From: an uncultured Bacteroidia bacterium
GTDB lineage: Bacteria; Bacteroidota; Bacteroidia; NS11-12g; UBA9320
Direction: 5' to 3'
Assembly (NCBI GenBank): GCA_943789165.1
Contig: CALSTB010000005.1
Location: 56,398-120,397 of the forward strand
Length of the DNA stretch: 64,000 nucleotides
The notes under the pieces are model-generated. The model saw nothing but the letters and a program-made list of their open reading frames with translations, had not been told where the DNA came from and searched no databases. Within the stretch, counting starts at the first letter, position 1; each line of letters opens with the position of its first letter. The position numbers were made by a program, and so were the translations under genes. This document shows, one piece after another, positions 1 through 7,885 of the stretch.

Positions 1-2945
1 GTGGTATATACTCTGAAGACTCACCTACAATAACCAATTGCACCTTTTTCAATAACAAAGCAACTACCACTTCAAAAGGCGGTGGTGGTGTATATGCAAT
101 AAATGCAGGAACTACTACGGTATCAAATTGTATATTTTTTGGAAATAAAATAGGCTCATCTACGACTAATGTTGGTTCAGATATTAAAAACGGTACTGGT
201 CATACAACCACTGTAGACTACAGTATGGTACAACTTGCTAGCGGAAGTTATACCTCTGGAAACACCAATGCCCTCACATCTGCAACCAATATGGTCTATA
301 ACCAAGACCCATTATTCAGCGGTCATGGTGGTCCAGATGGAGTAGATAATGTATGGATGACGGAGGATGACGGACTCAGATTAAATAGTAATAGCCCTGC
401 AGTAGATGCGGGACTTAATAGTGCCATAAGTGGGTATTCTACAGATATTGTAGGTACTGCTCGTGTGGTGAATACTAACGTAAATATGGGAGCTTATGAG
501 GTTCTTTGTTCTGAAACGACTGAAACGATAACAGCAAATGTTTGTGATAGCTATACCTCTCCAAGTGGCAGGCATACCTGGTTTAGAACAGGAATATATA
601 AAGACACGATTCCAAACGCAGCAGGTTGCGATAGTATTCTAACAATAAACTTAACGGTAATTGCAACACCAATAGTTACTGTCAGCACGCTCGCTGGTAG
701 TTCTCAGGGCTATACAGATGGTACAGGGACATCGGCTCAGTTTAAATATCCTACTGGAGTAGCGGTCGATGGCGCTGGAAATGTGTATGTAGCGGATCAG
801 TTAAACCACCGCATTCGAAAAATAACTGCATCAGGTGTGGTCAGCACGCTCGCTGGTAGTTCTCAGGGCTATACAGATGGTACAGGGACATCGGCTAAGT
901 TTGACTATCCTATAGGAGTAGCGGTCGATGGCGATGGAAATGTGTATGTAGCGGATGGGTCAAACCACCGCATTCGAAAAATAACTACATCAGGTGTGGT
1001 CAGCACGCTCGCTGGTAGTACATATGGCTATACAGATGGTACAGGGACATCGGCTAAGTTTAACGGTCCTAGCGGAGTAGCGGTCGATGGCGCTGGAAAT
1101 GTGTATGTAGCGGATTACTTTAACCACCGCATTCGAAAAATAACTACATCAGGTGTGGTCAGCACGCTCGCTGGTAGTTCTCAGGGCTATACAGATGGTA
1201 CAGGGACATCGGCTAAGTTTGACTATCCTTATGGAGTAGCGGTCGATGGCGCTGGAAATGTGTATGTAGCGGATCAGAATAACCACCGCATTCGAAAAAT
1301 AACTGTATCAGGTGTGGTCAGCACGCTCGCTGGTAGTACAAATGGCTATACAGATGGTACAGGGACATCGGCTCAGTTTAAATATCCTACTGGAGTAGCG
1401 GTCGATGGCGCTGGAAATGTGTATGTAGCGGATGAGTCAAACCACCGCATTCGAAAAATAACTACATCAGGTGTGGTCAGCACGCTCGCTGGTAGTACAT
1501 CTGGCTATACAGATGGTACAGGGACATCGGCTCAGTTTAAATATCCTAGCGGAGTAGCGGTCGATGGCGCTGGAAATGTGTATGTAGCGGATATCAGTAA
1601 CCACAGCATTCGAAAAATAACGTTAAGTGCTGGTAGTGCTGAAACAACTGAAACGATAACAGCAAATGTATGTGATAGCTATACCTCTCCAAGTGGAAAA
1701 ACTTGGACAACAAGCAACACGTATTCAGATACGATTCCAAACACTGCGGGTTGTGATAGTGTTATCACGGTGAACCTTACGGTGAGATATAAAAGTTCCT
1801 TCTCGTTCGCAGAAACGGTATATGAAACCTTTACATCGCCAAGCGGAAAAACATGGACAAATTCAGGCACATATTTAGACACAATACCTAATGACGTTAA
1901 TTGTGACAGCATCATAACGGTCGATTTGACTGTAATCAACAAGTTATTTGTCGATACAGATGGTTCATCAGGAACAGGAAAATCATGGGGGACTTCAATG
2001 AAAACCCTAGATGACGCCATCAAAGTAGCTAATGCAACGGGCAATCATGCTGAAATATGGGTGCGTAAAGGAATGTATTATCCTGGCGGACAATCGAGCA
2101 GCAATCGAGATTCAGCGTTCCTAATTACCAATCCAAATGTTGAATTATTAGGAGGTTTTTCTGGAACAGAGACAGAGCCTGGTCAACGAAATCAAACGGC
2201 CAATCCAACCATATTGTGTGGAGATATCGGTACAACAAACGATTCCTCGGATAATGCATATCACGTATTGATTATTGCACCAAACGGATCAGACATCGGA
2301 CCTAATTTTAAACTAGATGGGTTAACCTTTAAAAACGGTAACGCTGACGGTAGCACTAAATATACGTATGGCAGTAGAGACGTTTACCAAACCGATGGGG
2401 GAGCAATAACGATTATGGGCAGTGGAACCACTGGTCAAGAGATTAGTCCAACGATTACCAATTGTCATTTTGAAGGAAATTATGGCGATTATGGCTCGAT
2501 TTACATACGCGTGCCTAATGGTAAGTCTTTTGCAACCATTAGCCATTGTACGTTTAAAAACAACCATTCAATTTATGGCGCTATCTTTAACGATGGTCAA
2601 GCAGGTGAAGTATCTCCAAACATTGTAAACTGTGCCTTTGATGGCAACACAAGTGCCACTTCGGGTGCAGCGATATACAACTATGGTTATGGAGGCAAAT
2701 GCTCTCCAACAATCACAAGTTGTGTGTTTAACAGCAACAGTGCTAGTTCAATGGGAGGAGCAATCTATAACACGGGTTATGGTGGAACATCCAATCCAGT
2801 GATCACAAACGCTACCTTCCATGCAAACGCAGCTGGTTCTCATGCAGGAGCGATGTATAGCTTTGGTAACAGCGGAACATGCCAACCTAAGGTGACCAAC
2901 TCTATCTTTTACAAAAACACAAAAGGTGGAGATGATGGACCATAA
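1..2945 (+). CDS. Giant T9SS-secreted adhesin-like protein, upstream part (5' end beyond window): Pmp-like right-handed beta-helix repeats, six NHL repeats, Cys-containing approx. 50-aa repeats
   Basis: Frame 3 is open from nt 3. Repeated NCTFxxN...GGAIY/GAAIYN motifs match polymorphic-membrane-protein-type beta-helix repeats. There are six YVAD..NHRIRKIT NHL repeats. A DPLF..DGxDNVW.TEDDGLRL...MGAYE motif occurs. The reading frame is interrupted at 2893-2945 and continues in the next ORF. Confidence 0.6.
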   Translation, partial: GIYSEDSPTITNCTFFNNKATTTSKGGGGVYAINAGTTTVSNCIFFGNKIGSSTTNVGSDIKNGTGHTTTVDYSMVQLASGSYTSGNTNALTSATNMVYNQDPLFSGHGGPDGVDNVWMTEDDGLRLNSNSPAVDAGLNSAISGYSTDIVGTARVVNTNVNMGAYEVLCSETTETITANVCDSYTSPSGRHTWFRTGIYKDTIPNAAGCDSILTINLTVIATPIVTVSTLAGSSQGYTDGTGTSAQFKYPTGVAVDGAGNVYVADQLNHRIRKITASGVVSTLAGSSQGYTDGTGTSAKFDYPIGVAVDGDGNVYVADGSNHRIRKITTSGVVSTLAGSTYGYTDGTGTSAKFNGPSGVAVDGAGNVYVADYFNHRIRKITTSGVVSTLAGSSQGYTDGTGTSAKFDYPYGVAVDGAGNVYVADQNNHRIRKITVSGVVSTLAGSTNGYTDGTGTSAQFKYPTGVAVDGAGNVYVADESNHRIRKITTSGVVSTLAGSTSGYTDGTGTSAQFKYPSGVAVDGAGNVYVADISNHSIRKITLSAGSAETTETITANVCDSYTSPSGKTWTTSNTYSDTIPNTAGCDSVITVNLTVRYKSSFSFAETVYETFTSPSGKTWTNSGTYLDTIPNDVNCDSIITVDLTVINKLFVDTDGSSGTGKSWGTSMKTLDDAIKVANATGNHAEIWVRKGMYYPGGQSSSNRDSAFLITNPNVELLGGFSGTETEPGQRNQTANPTILCGDIGTTNDSSDNAYHVLIIAPNGSDIGPNFKLDGLTFKNGNADGSTKYTYGSRDVYQTDGGAITIMGSGTTGQEISPTITNCHFEGNYGDYGSIYIRVPNGKSFATISHCTFKNNHSIYGAIFNDGQAGEVSPNIVNCAFDGNTSATSGAAIYNYGYGGKCSPTITSCVFNSNSASSMGGAIYNTGYGGTSNPVITNATFHANAAGSHAGAMYSFGNSGTCQPKVTNSIFYKNTKGGDDGP
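670..1625 (+). repeat. Six tandem 159-bp (53-aa) NHL-repeat units with near-identical DNA sequence
   Basis: The string gtcagcacgctcgctggtag recurs at 681, 840, 999, 1158, 1317 and 1476, a period of exactly 159 nt. Long blocks (gtagcggtcgatggcgctggaaatgtgtatgtagcggat, aaccaccgcattcgaaaaataact) are identical between units. Confidence 0.9.
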
Positions 2946-4410
2946 GTTTAGTGAGTTCTATAACTATGCAGCGTATCCATACATAAAAAATAGTTCGATG
3001 CAACGTGCAAGCTCAACATACACAGCAAGCACATTCAACAGCTTAAATAGTGGAACAAACAACATCTTCCAGACCAATCCAAACTTTGAGGCGATTGCCG
3101 ATGGCAATGGTGCGGATGATGTTTGGAGAACAGGAGATGATGGATTGAGATTATCTTCCTCAAGTACCAACTTGTTAAACGGTGGAACCAATACAGGTGC
3201 CCCAACTGCGGATATCTTAGGAAATCAGCGTATGGGAACAACCGACATGGGTGCTTACGAGTATGTCAACTGTGGCTTAAATGTTAAACTAGCTACTTCG
3301 GTTACCACTCATACAGCAACGCAAAGTGTTGTGGATGGTAATTTTGTATGCTACTGTAACAGCGACAATGAATTACTCTTGGCTCTTGACACCAATGGAA
3401 CTGGGGCGGTGATTACACCTAGTCAGGTAAAACTATACATTGGCAATCCATCAACCTTGAGTTACAACTCTGCTGGCGGTATGATAACCAACACGGCTGG
3501 TGGTGTGATACTAGAAAGACGTTGGGATGTGGAACCAACGACTCAACCAACTTCTCCTGTAACGGTTCGTTACTTCTACACCAACGACAACTACGGTGAC
3601 ATTGTAACGGCTATGGCTGGATTAACATCGCCTACAACCATTACTTCGCCAAGTCAACTACAGTTTTACAAGGTAACAGGCGGCTCATCGGCAACCTTCC
3701 CGAACCCACATGATACGGGAGTAACGGGTATTGTACTGACCAACGGAACAACAGCCAGCACAACAGTGTGGGTTAATGGAACACATGGTGTACAAGACCA
3801 TACAGCAGAATACCTAGTAAGCACGTTCTCCGGTGGTGGAGGCGGAGGCGGGGGTGGATCTAGCCCACTACCAGTGGAACTGATCCAGTTCGAAGCAAGC
3901 CCAGCAGCTAGTCATACAGCAGACCTTACATGGAAGACCGCATCAGAGCTAAACAACTCACATTTTGTAGTTGAACGTAGCTATGATGGTAGAGACTTCC
4001 AGGCAGCAGCAATTGTTCAAGGAAACGGGACAACACAAAACGTGATTACCTACAACCACAACGACAATACGATTGATCTAGCACAAAACACTGTGTTCTA
4101 TCGATTACGTCAGGTGGACTTTGATGGCACCACGGCTTACTCACCAGTAAGACGAGTAGACTTTGAAGGCAGCATCATACCAAACAGCGTAACGCTTTAT
4201 CCAAACCCAACAAAAGGAACGGTTACGGTTAGCTTTACAGACGATGAGGCTGAAAGTCATGCGATTAAAGTAATTGACAACCTCGGAAGAGAGCTGTACA
4301 AGCAAACCTTCGACGGACAAGCCATAGAGCTTGATTTGTCGAGCCAAGCAACGGGCATCTACTTTATCATTTTAGATTCTGGTGAATCCTTTAAAGTGAT
4401 TAAACAGTAG
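2926..4410 (+). CDS. Giant T9SS adhesin, downstream part: second DPLF..DDGLRL..MGAYEY module, poly-Gly linker, conserved pre-CTD approx. 100-aa domain, T9SS type-A C-terminal sorting domain
   Basis: It begins in a different frame 20 nt before the upstream ORF's stop. The C-terminus VTLYPNPTKGTVTVSF...GIYFIILDSGESFKVIKQ is a Por_Secre_tail (type A CTD). A G9 run sits at aa approx. 305. The LTWKTASELNNSHFVVERS...FYRLRQVDFDGTTAYSPV domain is shared with two other proteins in the window. Confidence 0.6.
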   Translation: MEMMDHKFSEFYNYAAYPYIKNSSMQRASSTYTASTFNSLNSGTNNIFQTNPNFEAIADGNGADDVWRTGDDGLRLSSSSTNLLNGGTNTGAPTADILGNQRMGTTDMGAYEYVNCGLNVKLATSVTTHTATQSVVDGNFVCYCNSDNELLLALDTNGTGAVITPSQVKLYIGNPSTLSYNSAGGMITNTAGGVILERRWDVEPTTQPTSPVTVRYFYTNDNYGDIVTAMAGLTSPTTITSPSQLQFYKVTGGSSATFPNPHDTGVTGIVLTNGTTASTTVWVNGTHGVQDHTAEYLVSTFSGGGGGGGGGSSPLPVELIQFEASPAASHTADLTWKTASELNNSHFVVERSYDGRDFQAAAIVQGNGTTQNVITYNHNDNTIDLAQNTVFYRLRQVDFDGTTAYSPVRRVDFEGSIIPNSVTLYPNPTKGTVTVSFTDDEAESHAIKVIDNLGRELYKQTFDGQAIELDLSSQATGIYFIILDSGESFKVIKQ

Positions 4411-4450
4411 TGAGAAAGTATCGTATTACTACACAAATACAATAAGAGAA

Positions 4451-4478
4451 GGCCATTCGTTTTACGGATGGCTTTTTT
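4451..4478 (+). terminator. Rho-independent terminator after the adhesin gene
   Basis: A 9-bp stem ggccattcg/cggatggct with two G.U pairs and loop tttta is followed by TTTTTT. Confidence 0.55.
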
Positions 4479-4619
4479 GTTGTTCAATTGATTTGAAAAT
4501 ATAAAAAGTGAAGTAAACAAGATATCGGGTTGGTGAAAGTATTTACGGATATAAGTTGGTTTAAGACCAGTAGCTAGTTACGAATACTAGTTTTATATAT
4601 TACTAACGCGTAATATTAT

Positions 4620-5591
4620 TTGTATATTCGCTTTATGGAGTTCAAGCCCCTTGAATCATATCTATCTGATCCTAGTCCTTACACAAGCCGTAGACTCGTG
4701 GAACAGTTGGGTGAGGAAAAGTTTACCATTAATGACATAGGCGTTAGTTCACGGGTGTTTACCCATTGGCGATCAAATGGGTTAATCCCTGAAATAGAGG
4801 ATGGCTCATGGGTAAAACTGAATGTGTTTCAATTTATCTGGGTACAGATAATTAAAGACTTGCGTGCGTTTAACTTTTCTTTAAAGCAGATTGTCAAAGT
4901 ACGCGCTTCGCTATTTGAGTCCTTCGAAGGGTTTGCTACGGCGGATTTGTTTGATAAAAAAGGAAAGATAACCAAGGTATTGCGAGCACAGCTTAAAAAG
5001 ATGTTCGACAATCACCAAGAGATAATTGAAGGCCTAGAAAGTGGTTTCGAGTCGGATTCAAATTCAATAAAAGATTTCCTTGAGGCTTTTCAAATCCCAT
5101 TGCTCCTATCACTTAGCTTGAACGTATTGTTCCGTGCAATGGATCACACGCTACTGATTAGGCCAGATGGTCGAGTTGATTATACTTCAGAAACGCAAGA
5201 CGAGACATTGGCCAATTACTTGTCCGAGCACGATGCGGAGTCCATCTTGGTGCTTCCACTCAAAAAGTACATTCTGGTGCTGGTATCGACAAAAAAACTA
5301 GAAGATAAAGTTGGTAATATGGCCCTGGTTACCCAAGTTGAAATGGAAGTTTTACAAGCCATGCGGCAGGGAACGCTATCCGAACTTAGAATAATTTTTG
5401 ACCCCAAAGACCAACACGCAGATTTGGTGTATACCTATAAAGGGGTTGTACCCGAAAATGAAATGAGTAAAGTTTTAGATCGTTTTCGGCATAAAAAACA
5501 CGTTCAATTGTCTATGAAAACCAATGACGGTAAAACGGTATCTTTCGAATACCAAGACCGAAAACGGGTCCATAAATTAAATGGAAATTAA
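4620..5591 (+). CDS. Hypothetical protein with N-terminal MerR/excisionase-like helix-turn-helix; unknown function, adjacent to iteron-like repeats and a serine recombinase
   Basis: TINDIGVSSRVFTHWRSNGLI resembles a MerR-type HTH; the rest has no recognisable family. The more likely start is the ATG at 4635 (MEFKPL). Confidence 0.5.
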   Translation: MYIRFMEFKPLESYLSDPSPYTSRRLVEQLGEEKFTINDIGVSSRVFTHWRSNGLIPEIEDGSWVKLNVFQFIWVQIIKDLRAFNFSLKQIVKVRASLFESFEGFATADLFDKKGKITKVLRAQLKKMFDNHQEIIEGLESGFESDSNSIKDFLEAFQIPLLLSLSLNVLFRAMDHTLLIRPDGRVDYTSETQDETLANYLSEHDAESILVLPLKKYILVLVSTKKLEDKVGNMALVTQVEMEVLQAMRQGTLSELRIIFDPKDQHADLVYTYKGVVPENEMSKVLDRFRHKKHVQLSMKTNDGKTVSFEYQDRKRVHKLNGN

Positions 5592-5690
5592 TTGATAATT
5601 AATTCAGATTAATTGATAATAAACTCGGATTAATTGATAATTAATTCAGATTAATTGATAATAAACTCGGATTAATTGATTTTTAAATGG
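5588..5690. repeat. Iteron-like array: five direct copies of TTAATTGATAA spaced approx. 21 bp, organised as 2.5 tandem copies of a 42-bp unit
   Basis: Copies start at 5588, 5608, 5630, 5651 and 5672 (the last is degenerate). The array is flanked by aaatggaaattaat at 5578 and 5684. Confidence 0.85.
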
Positions 5691-5926
5691 AAATTAATGG
5701 ACAAAAAGAGGTGTAGATGCAGTAATGACAAGGCATTGAAGAACTCAAGCCAATTAAATACGGGTTCATTAGAAACGGAAACACCGCTAATGGGCATACT
5801 CCAATTGAGTTATGTCAGAAAAGTCAAAACAAGGACTTACAATACAAGAATTAAAAACCTATAGCGGATTTGAAAAACTAAGTGAGAAGGAATTAGAACA
5901 AGCGCTTCGATTTATTGAGTTGATGA

Positions 5927-7543
5927 GTGAGGTGCTTATTGAAACATTTAAGTAAAAGAATAATGCAGCATGTAGATCAACAATTGGCAGTCTTTGCCAA
6001 AGGGCAAAAGAACAACAAAGGGAAGGCCATTACAGCGGTCATGTATACCCGTGTATCGACCAAGGAACAGGCCGATAACAATCAGAGTCTCTTTACGCAA
6101 GCAAAGCACATCAAGCAATTTGCAATGAACAATGATTTGCAGATAATAGGGGAATTTGGTGGGACTTATGAAAGCGCCAAGAGTGATGAACGGGTTCAGT
6201 TCAAACAAATGATTGCCTTTGTCAAAAGACATAAGGTAGATGCCATTGTGGTATACTCGATGGATCGCTTTTCAAGAAGTGGTCCCAATGCTATTTACAT
6301 TTCAGAACAACTCAGAAAGATAGGTACTGAGATTATATCTGTAACCCAACCTGTAGACGCCTCTACAGCTGCTGGGGAATTGCAACAGGGAATTTACTTT
6401 ATGTTCTCACAATATGAGAATCAGCAAAGGCGCTTAAAGTCCATGGCGGGCACCCGTGAAAAGCTATTACAAGGACATTGGGTTACCAAACCACCCTTAG
6501 GGTACAAGAAGATCACAGAAGGTGGACAAAAGAAAATAGTCATCACAAAAGAAGGTAGATTGCTGGCAGCAGCATTTAGAAGAAAGATTAAGTACAACTA
6601 CGAATTTACTGAAATTAGTAAGTGGCTGTCAACAAGAGGTCTAAAGGTGAGTCATAAAAGATTATCTGAGTTATGTAGAAACGTATTTTATTGCGGTTTC
6701 ATGGCCCATCAGGCATTAAATGGAGAGATTGTAAAGGGCAATCATGAAGGACTCATCACACGTAATGAGTTCTTGAAGCTGAATGGCATGCTTCAAATCA
6801 GACCTGCCAAAAAGCCAAAATCAAAAATGTTGGATCATCTACCCTTAAAGAGGCACATGCATTGCTCAAAGTGCAGCAAACCAATGACGGGTTACTTTGT
6901 GCGACCAAAGAAGTTATATTACTACAAGTGCAATACGAAAGGTTGTAAAGTCAATAGAAGTGCTAAGGTGTTAAACCGAAACTGGGAACAGACGCTTTCC
7001 AATCTTCAGATAGATGCAAAATACGTTACACCCATCCAAGAACAGCTCAAAAGAAAGCTCGAAAGCTTAAAAGAAGACTCTGGTGATGGGCTAAAACAGT
7101 ATCGCAGTAACAAAACAAAGGTTGAGAGGAAGATAGAGATGTTGGAAGAACGATTTGTAATAGGAGAAATTACCAAAGACTTATTTGATAAGTACGCTGC
7201 TAAATATAGAGAAGAATTGGTGGCAATATTAGAAGAAATCGACAAATGTGGAATTTCATTATCGAACCCTGATCAGGTAATCAAGCAGGCCACTGATTTG
7301 ATGTCTAAACTTCAGAAAACCTGGCAGTTATCAAAATCAACAGAAAGATCAAAGTTGCTTAAAGCGGTCTACCCAAGCGGAATTTGGCTTGATCCTGAAA
7401 ATAACAGTTATCGAACTTTTGGTTTGAACCCAGCGGTGCGCTGTATCCTAGATATAACGGGGAAATCCGTAGAAAAGGAAAAGCGGAATAGTGAAGATAA
7501 ACTCACATATTCCGCTTTGGTAGAGGGAATCAGAACGTTATAG
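5927..7543 (+). mobile_element. Large serine recombinase (resolvase/integrase family with recombinase domain and zinc ribbon)
   Basis: N-terminal catalytic motif VMYTRVSTKEQ...DRFSRS. The C-terminus carries CSKCSKPMTGYF...YYYKCNTKGC, a zinc ribbon typical of large serine recombinases, followed by a coiled-coil tail. Length is 538 aa. The true start may be an internal Met. Confidence 0.9.
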
Positions 7544-7581
7544 AACTTTTGTTGCAGAGGCGGAAAATTCTGACATGCCAT

Positions 7582-7836
7582 AGTTAATGCAACAGAACCA
7601 AGTTTACACATTCGGCACCAGAAGCATTTAACGAACTAATGAAACAAAACGAGCAATCGATCCGACCAAGTTTGGTGAGACCAACGTTTGATATTGGTTT
7701 GGGATATCGATTTACGTCACATCTGAGCGTACAAGCTCAGTTTCGAAAATCTTGGACAACCAAATCGGTGTTAATTGCTGACCCCAATAAGCTAAACACG
7801 TCTGGTGTTAAATTAGGTTTGATGTATCGGTTTTAA
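7582..7836 (+). pseudogene. 3' remnant of an outer-membrane beta-barrel protein gene (no start codon, C-terminal ...GLMYRF)
   Basis: The sequence alternates hydrophobic beta-strand residues and ends in a C-terminal Phe, typical of OMP beta-barrels. The frame is open only from the stop at approx. 7579 and the N-terminal part is absent. It sits immediately 3' of the serine recombinase. Confidence 0.4.
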
Positions 7837-7860
7837 TACCTGATACTCCTATTTCTTTGT

Positions 7861-7868
7861 TACTTTTG
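7861..7868 (+). promoter_or_regulatory. Bacteroidetes sigma-A -7 element TAnnTTTG (TACTTTTG) 17 bp upstream of the aldehyde dehydrogenase start
   Basis: Exact match to the Bacteroidetes -7 consensus at the expected distance from the ATG. The identical octamer recurs at 21727 and 55730. Confidence 0.35.
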
Positions 7869-7885
7869 ACCTGTAAAACAGCCCT

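Noticed and set aside
381-2567. Numerous 60-120-aa antisense or alternative-frame ORFs inside the adhesin and other large genes (e.g. 381..575-, 1679..2044-, 2322..2567-, 2422..2628+)
   Set aside because: They are embedded in long conserved coding regions on the opposite strand or in shifted frames, with low-complexity or odd composition and no homology. These are typical spurious ORFs.
2896-2945. Programmed ribosomal frameshifting at the A-rich tract as a regulated mechanism
   Set aside because: The window shows many other single-base indels in homopolymers, including two in essential coaBC. Sequencing error is therefore the simpler explanation and no stimulatory structure is evident downstream.
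7639-7836. Treating the 65-aa ORF as an independent small protein gene
   Set aside because: There is no ribosome-binding context and no upstream start, and the reading frame is open from a stop at approx. 7579. The sequence is a textbook OMP C-terminal beta-strand region, so it is better explained as a gene remnant.
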